Of a stretch of 64,000 bases of DNA, positions 26,311 to 41,902 are shown one piece after another. Source of the DNA: Eledone cirrhosa (lineage: Eukaryota). Positions within the stretch are counted from its first letter, which is position 1; each line of letters opens with the position of its first letter. The notes beneath the pieces are model-generated. The model had not been told where the DNA came from. It did no database searches and saw nothing but the letters and a program-made list of their open reading frames with translations. A program made the translations under genes and the position numbers. The stretch is from contig OZ024741.1 in NCBI GenBank assembly GCA_964016885.1, positions 63,674,001 through 63,738,000 of the forward strand, given 5' to 3'.

Positions 26311-26946
26311 GAGGAGTTATAGTTCACTTGAAGCATTGTGTAATGAGGTATAAACGTTTGTATATGTATAATAAAGCCAAAACAATGCAGGTGTGGACAT
26401 AGAATAAAGAATGCAAATGCAAAAGATATTGTTGACAATTAGTCTTTTACCTTAGATTTATTTAAATAAATCTAAGGTAAAACACTAATTGTCAACAATA
26501 TCTTTTGCATTTGCATTCTTTATTCTATGTCCATACCTGCATTGTTTTGGCTTTATTATACATATACAAACGTTTATATATATATGCGTACATACGCGCA
26601 ACAGATTTCTAAATATGTCATCTAATGAACGCCTCCCCAGTTGAAAACTGCAACTAATGGAATCTACATCGACTATATATATATATTTTCTTGGTTAGAA
26701 GCTATCGATTCATTCGTCAACTCCACGGTTTTATAGCTATTATTCTCTGGCCTCCAGCCTTGTTCTATTATGTAACTCTCTACCTAATAGTATATTTGTC
26801 TACATTGTAATAAGTAGCCTTCAGTTAATATCATTGACAGTTTCAGCGGGTTTAGTGAACAAGTATTAAGGAATTCTTAAATAGCAATGAAACCTAGGTC
26901 CACCATTCCAAGCAGCTAAATAGGCATTACTTTGACTAAAAAGGTA
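25570..26946. repeat. Nested inverted repeats: ~365-bp outer arms enclosing two independent palindromes
   Basis: 25570-25932 vs 26582-26946; inner palindromes 25958-26252 and 26349-26578. Confidence 0.92.
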
Positions 26947-26962
26947 TGGATATGTGTTCGTA

Positions 26963-28915
<1,953 letters not shown>

Positions 28916-29257
28916 GTTGAGTGAGATACTGCCGATACATGTGAATGAGAAAATGTCTCTGAAGCATGCCGGATAATTTGAAGATATGTGCGGAAATTGA
29001 GTAATAGTCTTTCTCTTTGGTATGTTGACAATGGATCTAATTAGTTCTTAGGCGCAAATAAATACGTCCGTGTTAATTCGTTGTTCTAATTCAATTTAAG
29101 TTAGAACAGCATTGCCTGTCCATTTCACAGATAATGGCCGTAGATGTATTTGCTTTTAGAATTATGTAATAGATTGAAACGTCCTCTATCTATTAAACAG
29201 CAGATCAAAATTGGGTTCATATTGGGTTTTCTGCAGCAAAACATTCATATATATATT

Positions 29258-29475
29258 GAATTTATGTTAGGCACAAGGCTAGCAAATTTGCTGCAGGGAG
29301 GGGCTAAGTTGATTATATCAACCCCTACTTTACTGTTGTTTTATTTTATTGAACCCAGAAGGATGAAAGGTAATTTGACCTCGGTTATATTTGAACAAAG
29401 AATGTGAAGAGCCAGAACACACTGCGTAATACCATTTTATAGGACGCTCTACCTATTCTGCCAATCCACCACCCT
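29258..29475 (-). mobile_element. Diverged Deu/Nin-core SINE
   Basis: GGCACAAGGC..TTTATTTTATTGAACCCAGAAGGATGAAAGG..TGCCAATCCACC on the plus strand. Confidence 0.75.
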
Positions 29476-29719
29476 CAAAGAACTCATGTATACTTAAAAT
29501 ATATATGGAAGGGGCGTGCACAAAAGTTTGTTTAACAACATATGTGATGTGTTAAGTTCACCTTTATATGACACTCAAACCTTCTTACCTTACAAAGTAA
29601 TTAAAGATGGTTGAAATGATCTGAGAATAGAAGTTTATAGAGTAGATTCATAAGATAAGTTATAGCAATGTATCAAATGATTTAGTTATGACACAAGGAA
29701 TGAAAAGTATCAGCATTTT

Positions 29720-30070
29720 CTTAAGTATCCTTGCCTTTTCCTGAAGTTGTCTGCCAGCAAAATCATCTCAGCCATGCTGCCTTGAGGACTGATACTGCAT
29801 TGTGATTTTCCAGATAGTTGGTCAAATCAGTTCAGAAGAATTCGAGTAATCCTACCAGATATATCATAACAATGGAAACACTCTGTCATCTTTTATCAAG
29901 ACAGGCACAATATTGACATGTTTAAAGACAGACTTTCTTCGCAGATTTTGAGAATTTTCTTTCAATGATCTTCCTCATTATGTGTAGAAGTCAACAGGAA
30001 TAGAGCCAGGGCAAAAAGCTTTATTGTCATATATTTGGCAGATGGTAATGTCTAGTTTCCCATGATGTGT
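29720..30070 (-). pseudogene. Old RTE-like RT remnant
   Basis: NKAFCPGSIPVDFY and KSQCSISPQGSMAEMI resemble KAxGPDxIPxE and ESQCGFRxxRSTxDMI. Confidence 0.55.
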
Positions 30071-30599
30071 TCAGTTCAGCAATTCAAAATTGTATCATCT
30101 GTTAAAATATCTCCGTTATCAGCGTTCCTTGTCGCTGATACTCCCATGACAGAAATAGATGAAACGATTATAAAACTAAGAAAATAACTATATAATTCGT
30201 AATTTCAAATATATAACACACACAGAAATTTAGTTTCAGAGAGACTAATAAGTTATTAGGAAAAAATAGGACTTAAAATATGATTTAATGTCGAACTACA
30301 TAAGGGGCCGCTGATGAAATATTTCGAGATAAAAAAAAAACGTTGACATAAAAATAATCCAGACAAATGTATAAAGGAAATTACGAATGTTATGTTTATC
30401 AAAATTAATTCATGATTTTGGCATACATATAGATAAAACAAATACCAGCATCAAACGCAATCGAATTAATAGTGTGTAACGTGCTTTCGGCTTTCGCTGA
30501 GGGTTTTAGGTGCACGTGCAGTCGCAAGCAGATCTCCCAACCCTGCCTGCTTTGATCCAGCAGAGCCACCATGACATCTGAAAGAAGAGGATGCTGAAC

Positions 30600-30740
30600 T
30601 AGCACTGGCTGCTACTTTCTTTATCACCCCCGAAAGAATGACGGACAGAGTGGATCTCGGTGGAATTTGAACTCAGAACGCAAAGAATCGGATAAAATAT
30701 GCACTGCTCTAACAATTTTCTTAAATCGACTGCCTTTCCG
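30600..30740 (-). mobile_element. Diverged SINE
   Basis: TTTATCACCCCCGAAAGAATGA..CTCGGTGGAATTTGAACTCAGAACG. Confidence 0.6.
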
Positions 30741-30775
30741 ATGAATATATATTACTATATATTTAATATTTATCT

Positions 30776-30900
<125 letters not shown>

Positions 30901-31844
30901 ATGACTTTCACCAAGCGTGAACCTAATATAACTGTGTACAATTGCCTCCTGTGTTTTGTTCGTTCATTTTCAACTATATATGTGTGTGTATGTGTGTGTG
31001 CATGCAGACCGTCATATAGGCATACATATATACGCACATACATTTGCACACACATATATATATATATATACATAAACACACACACACATATATATACACA
31101 CATACATACATATACACATACCGACAGACAGGCATATCTTCACACATGCATATCTATACATGTATTTAAAAAGAAATATACGATAGTTCGTCGTATCTAT
31201 GTCATGATTTAGAAGCAATCATCCCGTAGATATCAAATGTAAAATCAAGGTATTATTTCAAAAGGTACTATGTAAGAAAACTGATGATGGAGAAAAACGA
31301 TTTCTCCTTTGACATCCCTTGTTATCAAATTTAATCAATTTTTTTCTTTCAACCTAATTCTTTTGGAAGATATACTGTCATATATTTTCCATTTATTTCT
31401 ACTATAGATTATATTCAAACTACTTTCGGTTTCCGATTTAATTTATTTCTCAGAAATACTATATAGAAAATATTTTGTCCACGCTATTCCTTTTTTAATT
31501 TACCTTTCTTTACTTAATATCTCAGGTTTCCTTTTAATATCGTTTTAAGCTGAGCTTATGTTTTTATATACTTTCCTTTGAAATACTGGATTGTTTTTAG
31601 AGTTGTTCCATATGGCATGATTGCTTCTTAAATGTGTAACAGATACGATGAATTGCTGATTGATTCTCCTGTTTTGTTATGCGCTTTAATCTTCGTGGAA
31701 ATTCTTTAATATGGAATTAGATGCAGGCTTAGAATTTTCCTTCATTTCATTTTATTATTTCTATATATAATTGTGTAGATATGTACATATATATTTATAT
31801 ATTAACATACATTTGTACACATATATATATATATATAGATGCGC

Positions 31845-31907
<63 letters not shown>

Positions 31908-32056
31908 CGTGAGCGTGTGCGTATGTTTGTGTGTGTGTGTGTGTGTGACCAAAGCCCGATGGCAAGGCTCCTGCCGTTTCGATAGAAAATTCCACTATTC
32001 CAAGTATCGAGTACTGTGTTAAATAATGGTCTTACTAATTTAAAAGTGGTATGATC

Positions 32057-32096
<40 letters not shown>

Positions 32097-32100
<4 letters not shown>

Positions 32101-32555
32101 TAAATTTAGTCCTTCATCAGTGATCTTCCAACCTTCATTGGTATTTCATCGCTTTAAAGACCATATACCTCCGGTTGGTGCGAGCAACGGCTAAAGAAAG
32201 TCGTTGGGACACGTAAATAGGGGGAACGAGCGAGACAGTAAACAATCAAAGAGGGTAATGCAATGAAAAGTGAGGAAGAAGGAGTCAAGTCCCTGAAATC
32301 GATGAACATAAGTTCTGTGAAATCGTAGACGAGAGAGAATAAAGACCATCCGACCTGGTCAAAGTGTGCGTGAGGAAAGAATCTCGCACAGGTCAAACGG
32401 GAGGAAGTAGGAGAGGGAGTAGCAGAGAGTGAGTGAGTGAAAGTGTGAGGAAGAGGCTAACAGAGAGAGTGACTTTAGGAGGGGGTAAAAGGAAGTGAGA
32501 GATACAGAGAAAAGAGGAAACAGTAAGAAAGAAACAGACGGGTCACAGCGGAGGA
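32097..32555 (-). mobile_element. Unclassified interspersed repeat abutting (TA)n (homologue at ~58030-58662, plus strand)
   Basis: Shared TTAGCCGTTG.TCGCACCAACC.GAGGTATATGG..TAAAGCGATGAAA..CACTGATGAAGGACT in opposite orientations. Confidence 0.7.
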
Positions 32556-32796
32556 AATTATATATGAATATGAATATATGAATATGAAATTATATATATA
32601 TATATATATATATACAATACATAAACAGAGAAAGCCTTAAGCAATACTCTGACCAACTCCATCTCACTCAACAAACATTAGGATCTACCTAAGTATTTTC
32701 CCAATTTAGTGTTTGGGGTGCTAACTAATCAGTATTTCGTGGATAGCTGGTCGTATTATTTTATATGAGACATTATTAAATAAATATCTCTTTCCT

Positions 32797-32920
32797 TACA
32801 GACGGCCGTTTCGTTATAAGATTTCTACAATTTGGGATAAATAATTTCCAGGTTATGTAGAAACTTGTATATAATCCATAGTTTTATACACAAACGGGGT
32901 CTTATAAACTCATCAGTGGA
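32797..32920 (-). ncRNA. Type-I hammerhead with ~95-nt branched helix II
   Basis: CA-CTGATGA-GTTTATAAGA..TCTTATAAC-GAAA-cggccg-TC^TG; internal hairpins TGTATA/TATACA and TTTCTACA/TGTAGAAA. Confidence 0.75.
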
Positions 32921-33104
32921 TGCCCAAATAATATCTATATAAGAATTATATCGACATTAATAGATTGGTGATGGTCTCCCTCAGCGCTAAGAAGAGACTG
33001 GTAGATTAGAAAATCCAGCAGTCATCCCATATATATATATATATATATATAGTGAAATAAAATAACAAGGACGGTTGGTTACTCCTGCATTACTTTTATT
33101 GGCT

Positions 33105-33188
33105 GGTGACGCGCGTTTCGCCACTGACAGCTCAATGTTCGATCTGTATCGATCTATCCCGACTCTGTAATCTGCGGCTCGTCAGACC
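33105..33188 (-). ncRNA. Type-I hammerhead with extended helix II
   Basis: GGT-CTGACGA-GCCGC..GTGGC-GAAA-cgcgcg-TC^ACC. Confidence 0.82.
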
Positions 33189-33197
33189 CCTTACCCT

Positions 33198-33348
<151 letters not shown>

Positions 33349-33473
33349 GAAGATGTATACATATCTCTACACGAGTATAGATACAAATATAGATACATAC
33401 ATACAGGGAGTCCATATCAAATATGGAAAAAGCCAACAAGTGAAGAAAAAAATCTTTACTTACTCACTTTAAT

Positions 33474-33548
33474 GTCTCTACTGCAGTTTCATTAGGATAA
33501 AGATACTCTGAGTACAATATCGCGAGAAATCCTAAATCATCAGGAGAC
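33474..33548 (-). ncRNA. Type-I hammerhead with extended helix II
   Basis: GTCTC-CTGATGA-tTTAGGA..TCCTAAt-GAAA-ctgcag-TA^GAGAC. Confidence 0.85.
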
Positions 33549-33669
33549 TCTCTCTGACCAGAAATAGAATTCAAGACAAGAATTCCCAGCCGTTCGCTGT
33601 CAGTGAAGATTTCGAATAAAAGAACGTGACAAGTCACCAATCAGGAGGGTAGCACAGTGGACTATGGCA

Positions 33670-33697
<28 letters not shown>

Positions 33698-33703
<6 letters not shown>

Positions 33704-34130
33704 TATGTATGTATACGTACATACACATATGTATACAGACGTACAGTAGTATGTATATATATATAGATACATGCACATATATATATATGCACGTATCGGT
33801 TTACCGAACATTTACTATAATGCTCGGTTTGTTTGTTTGTAAACAAACAAACTGCCCGAATTACGCCGTACAGTGTTTAGGCAACCACGTCACCTTTTTG
33901 TTCAACACTGACACAGGAACGATGTACTAGTTTCAAGCTTATTAGCTATCGTCAGCATCGTATACCTTCCTGCCAGATGGTTGAACGTCTGAAAGTATAT
34001 ACTTTCCTTATGCATATTAACGGCTGAGCAGCCTAATTTGCATATCGAGTGGGTTCAGTCGGCTGGGTGCACCGAAAATGATAAATGGAATAGAATGAAA
34101 CGAAATTTCATTTCTCACTCTTAGTACGGC
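33698..34130 (-). mobile_element. Retrozyme-like element, ~1 unit, intact HHR at 33919-33961
   Basis: ACGATG-CTGACGA-tAGCT(aata)AGCTt-GAAA-ctag-TA^CATCGT; homologous to 21525-22100. Confidence 0.85.
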
Positions 34131-34505
34131 ATTAGACCACTGTTCACACATTAGACCATACAGACACCCATTATATATGCCTTTGTTAAAATATAGATTC
34201 TTTGGAATAACATTTTTCGCGGCGTTTTCTAGCATGACTGTAGTGTGACCCTTACGCTGACTTCTTTCTTTATTTTTTCTTCTTTCTTCCTTTCTTTCTT
34301 CCCCTTTTTCATTCTTTGACGGAGAGGTGGTAGTGCATTATAAGCCTTCGCCCCCTCACCAGATGGTCATTAGTAGACTAAGTTGCCATCACTTTGAGGG
34401 CGACTGGTCGAGATGAAAGCGGCTAGTTGGACAGTCGTCCTCTCTGTCTCTGTCTCTGATTTTTTGGACCCATGGTTTTGTTCATTTTCCTTTGTTATAT
34501 TTCGA

Positions 34506-34563
34506 ATAGCTGATGATATCACCGGATTCATATGGAACCCGGTCATTGAAATGATCATAGTAT
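34506..34563 (+). ncRNA. Type-I hammerhead in a pLTR-like element (~34130-34750)
   Basis: CTGATGA-tatcACCGG..CCGGTcatt-GAAA-tgatca-TA; helix I has a proximal mismatch. Confidence 0.7.
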
Positions 34564-34764
34564 AATAAACCTTTCAAGGATTTACACCAGTCCATCCTCC
34601 TGTTATTTTATTTTATTTATAATTAACTCCGTATTCGCACCACCAACTACACGGGTGAACTGCACTACGTTGAGTACTCTCCACAATATTACACCAAGAT
34701 TGACCATACGGAATGACCAATTCTATCCAGTGGTGAACCAACAATCCTAAATATATATATATAT

Positions 34765-35056
34765 ATAAAGAAAAAAGATGAAATCGAAAATGCAACTGGA
34801 GTCTTATTTTTTAAAAAATATATATATTTATTTGGTTCCTTTACCGTTTTCGCAGTTCTTCTGCTTTTCAAAAGTAGAGTTGAGATGGAAAAAAACAGAA
34901 GAACTGCGAAACCGGTAAAGGAACCAAATAAATATATATATATTTTTTTAAATAAGACTCCAGTTGCATTTTCGATTTCATCTTTTTTTCTTTATACATT
35001 CACTCGTGTAGGACACCTCGGTTATTTTTCATTTTGTAAAAAACCTCACTTTCTAA
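34765..35056 (+). mobile_element. Short fold-back HHR element in (TA)n (same family as 45497-45702)
   Basis: ~100-bp inverted arms plus ~60-bp tail; HHR at 34839-34874 (minus), 3' half at 34897-34921 (plus). Confidence 0.8.
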
Positions 35057-35099
35057 TATATATATATATATATAAGCAGAAGGGGTATTCAATTTGTTG

Positions 35100-38000
35100 T
35101 TAATTCAACAAATATAAGTGTTTATAACTGATTCAGAGCACTCGACAAGTTTCTGGAGTATAATATACAATGATACCAGGAGTACCTTAAAGTCCTCAAG
35201 AATAAAATAGACAATCTTGAAAAAAACTAAGAGGATCCTCGTAAAATCTGATAAAACTAATAATTTATATGCTATGGAAATGGACGAATATAATAACCTT
35301 ATATTGAAAGAACTCAGAAAAAAACTACAAAATAACATCAAATGAAGATCTTTCAACGTTAAATAGAGAAGCTTCTGGAATTATTTATAAATTAGGCATC
35401 CAAAATACGACTGAACCCTTTATACCTAGAAAATAGAAAATTAACCTGAAGGACCACAAAAGAAATTTTTAAATTGAACTACCAGTCAGACTCATCGCAC
35501 CACCTAAATAGGACTTAGGCATAATTAGCAAACATATATTAGATAGAATTATACCACTATTAAAGTAAAATCACACCTTAAACTATGGAACGGTACTAAT
35601 GAAGTTATAAATTGGTTCAATAACATAAAATTAAAACATAACAAAATATTCATTCAAATGGATAATGCAAATTACTACTCCTCCATTACCCCTAGTTTAC
35701 TTAATAAGGCACTTATCTACGCGTCTAAACATACAGACTTATCTAGTGATGAAAGGAATATAATTCTAACAGCACGTAAAACATTAATAGAATTTAATAA
35801 TCATCTCTGGACAAGAGCCGACAGAAAAAACAATTTTAATATCACTATGGAATCGCAACTAAGGGACCTCGTTGGATTATTTATTAATAATGTACTGCAT
35901 AGGAAAATTCCAGAGATGACCGGAGGTTTATATCGTGACGATATGTTGCTTTTAATTTAAAATCATAGCAATAGTGAAATTAATAGGAAAAGAAAATCCA
36001 TGATACAATTTTTCAACAACTACAATCTTAAGTTAGAAATAGAGAATAACTACAAAATCGTTAACTTCTTAGATGTAACGTTAAACCTTAGCACATGTCT
36101 TTACTATCCATTCCATAAAATTAACGAAAATCTAAATTATGTAAGTTTCAATTCTATTCATCCTAGAAGTATTAAAAACACTATTGTCAGTAGCGTCCAA
36201 CAACGGATTTCACGCATCTCCACTAATAAAAATATTTTTGATGATAAGGCTGAATATTATAATGAAGCTCTACATAGAGCAGGATACTCAAATAGAATTA
36301 AATACATAGATAACAATAACATGACATATCATCCTAGTATTAACTTAAACACTAAACCAAACAAAAAAACTGGAACTAGAAACATTATTCAGTACTCTCC
36401 CCCATTCTCATTAAGTGTTAAAACACCTTTACCAAAGCTATTCTTTAAAGCACGAGATAAATGTTTTCCCAAAGCCCACAGATATCACTCATTTTTAACA
36501 GACACACTATAAAACTATCCTACTCTGCTACTATGAAGATAGCACAAAATATAAATAGAATTAATAATAGAAACTTAAATTTAAACCCTAACCGAACTAA
36601 CCAAAATAGCAATAATAATATTTCTAACAACAATATTCAGAATAATAGTACCGTTCTTAACAGCAATAACTCCAGTAAATGTAACTGTAGAATCAAATAA
36701 ACTGCCCTTTACAAAATAATTGTTTAGACAAAAACTTAATTCATAAATACACAGTTAAAACTAGAGACAAAATGTTTAACTCTTTTGGTGCCACTTCAAC
36801 AAAATTTAAAGAACGCTGGAATAACCATAATCATACTTTTAAGAGATCTGATAAAAAAATCTTCTACTTCACTTTCACATCTAATTTTGAATTTAAAAGA
36901 CAACAATATAGACTATTCAATATCTTGGAGAACGATTTCAAAAGCACCTGCATACTGAAATATGGCTTTATCAAGATTCTGTAAATTGTGTATCGAATAA
37001 ATTTGTTATATAATTAACTGTCAAAACTCTATTAATCTCAGAACAGAATTATTTTAATCTTGCAGACATCGCCAAAATTCCACGTGCAGAACTATTTTTA
37101 ATTTATAATATTCCTATACACCTTCAAAATGATCCTACCCTTTTAAAAATTTATATGTAAATTTTTTAAATATTTTTAATATTTTTAATATTTTTTTTAT
37201 ATTTTTAATATTTCTAAATTTTTTAATATCTCTAATATTTATAATATTTTTAATATATATATTTAATATTTTAATTCCGAAATTATTTTAATTCTGACAT
37301 TAGTTTTAATTTGACATTATTTTTCTAAGTACACGCCTCTAAATATATTTTTTAGATGTAGATTGATAATCTTTAAATGATATTCTGAAAATTTATCCTA
37401 GTTACGATAGATCTTCGAAAAGCATATTACATTTTCCTCTCTCTTTTTGTTATTCAAACATTCACACATCTTTCGACTAAAATAATTGATCTCACACGAA
37501 ATAATATATAATTTTCTCTATATATTTTGGAGAAAATCACTCATCAAATTTAACGGTTAACAAACAAAATTGGAGTTATCTTTCCTTTCTCAATCGTGCA
37601 AACATAAACATATTATGTTTGATATTCTATATAACTTCGCTAAATTAACAATATTCTGAAAACATTTTCAATGTTGAACAAAATTTTGGAATCCACAAGT
37701 TATTCTACTCTCACAACTTGAACCACCTACTTTTAAGTAAAATACAAAATCAACACCTTCGTAACTCATATTTCATATATAAACAACTAATAATTGTAAA
37801 TTATCTCTATCTCTATAATACTAATACATACGCAATTATTAATCTATATAGATATTTATATACATATAACCTATCGTAATGTAATAAGATAAAAATACAA
37901 CCACCATTCTTCATATAATCTAATTGATTATATATACAATATTATAACTCATAATATAGGTAAATAAATTTAAATTTATGTCAAAAATGTCAAAATTTAT

Positions 38001-38108
38001 AAAACACACTTCGTATTTTATCTGATGATAGCGTACCAAAATTTTAGTACCCTTGAATAGAATAAATATGGTTTTATAAATATAGTTTCCATTTATTTAA
38101 TATCATTG

Positions 38109-38110
<2 letters not shown>
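35100..38110 (+). mobile_element. Long decayed Naiad-type Penelope-like element (RT + GIY-YIG + pLTR)
   Basis: KSDKTNNLY, LKDHK, GLYRDDML, VNFLDVTLNL, SIHP, YSPPFS, KLSYS, CNC..CPL..CL, FGATSTKFKERWNNH, CKLC, CRH; decayed HHR CTGATGA-tAGCGTAC..GTACCCTt-GAA at 38022-38057. Confidence 0.9.
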
Positions 38111-38151
<41 letters not shown>

Positions 38152-38153
<2 letters not shown>

Positions 38154-38356
38154 CGAAGGAGGTGTGGTAAGGAACCAGATGGACCATAACGCACCAGAGT
38201 ACTCAATACTTAGGGTAGTAGAGTGGGAAAATAGTAGATAGGAAAATGTTTGACCCCGACGGCAGAGCTCAAGACGTTTCGACGGCTATTTCTGGACTCC
38301 AAAAATAGCCGTCGAAACGGCTTGAGCTCTGCCGTCGGGGTCAAACATTTTCCTAT
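38152..38356 (-). mobile_element. Family A fold-back element
   Basis: Reverse complement of 2941-3129; palindrome 38239-38356; (TA)n flanks. Confidence 0.82.
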
Positions 38357-38359
38357 ATA

Positions 38360-38433
<74 letters not shown>

Positions 38434-38439
38434 CATATA

Positions 38440-38713
38440 TATAAACGTTTGGAGTTGGAAGGCCAAGACAATGCAGCATGACTTGGCAAGCTAATTAGAA
38501 CACTGAATTAACCCCTTTACTTCCCCCTGAATAAGAGATATTATCTCCAAAATTAAGGATATTTAAATAAATTTAAGGTAAAAGACTAATTGTGAACAAT
38601 ATCTTTTGCATTTGCATTTATATTCTATATCCATACCTGCATTGTCTTGGTCTTCAAACTCCAAACGTTTATACCTCATTACGTAATGCTTCAAGTAAAC
38701 TACAACTTCCTCC
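38440..38713 (+). mobile_element. Fold-back pLTR-like element, same family as 26311-26578
   Basis: Shared AAGGTAAAA..CAATATCTTTTGCATTTGCATT..CCATACCTGCATTGT and tail AATGCTTCAAGT; inverted arm starts TATAAACG; decayed HHR-like CTGAATA-aGAGAT(att)ATCTC near 38527. Confidence 0.7.
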
Positions 38714-38995
38714 ATACATATATATGTATGTATGTATGTATATACCAATAGATTTACGAAATTACATTACCACAAGATACATTATGCATCTATGGCAGTA
38801 TTAACCAGGTGCCACACACTATCTTAAGCAATAATAACTGAAATATATTTCAGAAACAGAGTATGCTTACAGATATAGTGGTGTGGTAGCAATAATCGAA
38901 GAAGTCGATTAGGGTTATCAATAAAAGTAATACAACAAATATCTACCAATTAATAAATATATATCAAAGATATCGATGAATATATACATATATTT

Positions 38996-39062
<67 letters not shown>

Positions 39063-39526
39063 GGAAGATTTGACTCCGTTTAAGCTGCTGACATCTTTTC
39101 ACGTTGCGATAATATCTCCATCGTGAGTATATCTAAAGGCCACATACTCATACTTTCCTTCTGTCTAGTAGCTGTCTCTTGCAAATGAAAACCCATTGTC
39201 CTTCCTCAACCTAACGGGAATCAATGTGTTGGTTTGGATTTAATGATCGGAAATCTTTACTTCAAAAGCTATATTTTGATTGGTTCTTTCAAATTATCTT
39301 CGGAAGGCAAAGACAAGTACAATTGCAGTATTTCATGCGATTCTCCGGTCACGAACACCACCGTTTGACTCTAGAATCATATTTATTCTAAATCTCATCA
39401 TTTATTTTTTAGTAACGAAGGTAATAAATAATCATAAGATTTTAATCATAGATGCATTCCTGTGGCACACGGCGTCTTCAGAATAAAGTGATAACATTGG
39501 ATTTCTTACTTTTAAAGTAAAGATTG

Positions 39527-39574
<48 letters not shown>

Positions 39575-40223
39575 CAATCCGCAATCCGGCTGTGTGGTTA
39601 ATGAGTTCGCTTCACAATCACGTGATTTTCTGACTACACCCTAAGTTTAACAATGTCATATAATGCAGAAGCTCATCGTGTATATATATTTGAATGTGTA
39701 TCTATGTTTACGTTTGTATTTGTTTGTAGTTCGATGAAAATGGATATAAACCATACATGGCTGGAATCAATACGTACTTTGGTGAATAAACTAGACTAAA
39801 TTCAAGTGTTTACTCAAGCCATTAATCTAATAAAAAACATATAGCTTTCAATATCTAAATTCTGTTGAGTTGTGACTACTAAATAAATTATTATCATATA
39901 CTCTGTAGTCTTATATCCTCTATAATGCACTTAATATTTAAGCCTATCATCAACAATAGACCCTTAGTACCGGAGACCTTTCAACAAAGATCTTACATTA
40001 TAAAGTATCAGAGGTATAGTTCACTAAATATAATATTTTCCTTACACATCTCTACCCATCAACAAAATACATCAAACCAAAATAGCCCCAAAACACATCA
40101 CACAAAATATTAATACAACGTTAATTATAATTAAAACTAAAACCACAACACAATAAAACTGCTTTTGACATTTACAATGTAACATATATTTTGTTCTGTG
40201 TGTATGTGTGAGAGAGAGAGAGA

Positions 40224-40280
<57 letters not shown>

Positions 40281-40304
40281 TGCGTGTGTATGTGTGTGTG
40301 TGTC

Positions 40305-40486
40305 CCAGGTTCAATCGGGGGCCACCACAGTTAGTAAAGTACTCAATACATTAGTAGAGTGTAAACATCAAGTTTAATATAGAAATAACTTCTACAGGAC
40401 TAGAACTGTTTCATTCAGGAAAGCCTGATGATTTCTTTCGAACGAAACAGTATTGTCCTGGGGAAGCCATTTTCTATTAAACTTGA

Positions 40487-40487
<1 letters not shown>
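40305..40487 (-). mobile_element. Diverged fold-back element with HHR-like motif
   Basis: Imperfect inverted repeat ATCAAGTTTAATA..CAGGAC / GTCCTG..TATTAAACTTGAT; CTGATGA-tTTC(tttc)GAAc-GAAA-cagtattg-TC at 40425-40457. Confidence 0.55.
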
Positions 40488-40577
<90 letters not shown>

Positions 40578-41704
40578 CCAGTAGATAAGCCGTATACTCT
40601 TTTTACGTCGTATTTTCTTTGAAAAAACATTACGACTTATATACGGTTATATACAGTAGTTACGGTTATATACGGTAGTTACGAATATGCTATTATATTT
40701 GCTGTTGTGAGCGGAATATAGTGATTATGATTGAAGTTGTAATGAGAATATAAGTCATTAGAGTTAATGAAAACTGATTCCCACAAAGCAAAAGCAAACT
40801 AACTCCCAAAACTCCAGTTGTCCAATAATTGAGCTATAGTGTGCACGATTGTGCTTTGGAGAGTCTGATATTTCTTCATTGTGGCGAATTTAGTCGGTGT
40901 TATTACTCATCATAGGCGAAGCATTGTCGACATAAACATACAAGATCAAAGGGTTAATCATTTTGCCATCAAAATTGTTCATTGATTTGCCAATTTAAAA
41001 TAATTGTTTCTACTTTAGGCACAAGGCCAGCAATTACCCAGTGCATTACTGGTATAGTGGAACACAACTTAGTTGTCCACGCACTAAAATATAAAATATA
41101 AAGGATATTTACGCTATAAAACATAAAGTAATTTGACTCTGTAAAACAATTTTAAAGTTCAATTCAAGTAAATAACGCTTATTTAAACAATTATTATATC
41201 TTCAGCAATAGTTTGTTTTTTTATATCTCTTATTATAACATTTATTTTAGTTTCGAATATATTTAGTTTCGTAAGATATTTAAACATTTTTATTTAGTTC
41301 ATGAAAACAATGAAACATTTTCAAGATTCAATAACACATTTCAAAGATGAAAACCATTTGAATGTGAGAACATAACATATTTGCCATCGAAATTATAACC
41401 GAAAATTAACTAGGATGACGGTTACACAATGGAAGAAATTTCCACATGTTTTTGTCTGGTATATAAAAAATGAGAATAGTAATATTTCCTAATGAATGGT
41501 AGACGAAGAGCATCTCAAATAAAGTTGTCATGAAATATTACATTTGCGTATTGACCTCGTGACTGGCATATTTTCGTGGTATTTATTGTCCTAGATTTTC
41601 ATCAAATTATCAATAAATGCTGTTAAAATCAGATATGTAGTGAAATATAGGTAATGCATATTCTGTAATCTCATGTTGTCCAAAATTGTATCTATCATTA
41701 TTAT

Positions 41705-41902
41705 TAACCCTTATGGATTGACAGTATCGGTAGAGAGTCGGACGCCATGCTTTGCAGCAGAGAGTTACGGCCCTTTATGATCTGAGTTCAACTCCCGCCG
41801 TGGTTAACTTTGCCTTTTATCCTTACGGGATCGATAAAATAAAGCACCAGTAATGCATTGAGGAAATTGCTGGCCTTGTGCAAAAAGTAGAAACAATTAT
41901 TA
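41705..41902 (+). mobile_element. Full-length Deu/Nin-core SINE
   Basis: A/B boxes, core and GTAGAAACAATTATT tail. Confidence 0.85.

Noticed and set aside
39300-39490. Minus-strand CTGAAGA..GAAA as another hammerhead
   Set aside because: GAAA does not directly follow the candidate helix II, and no UH site follows helix III.
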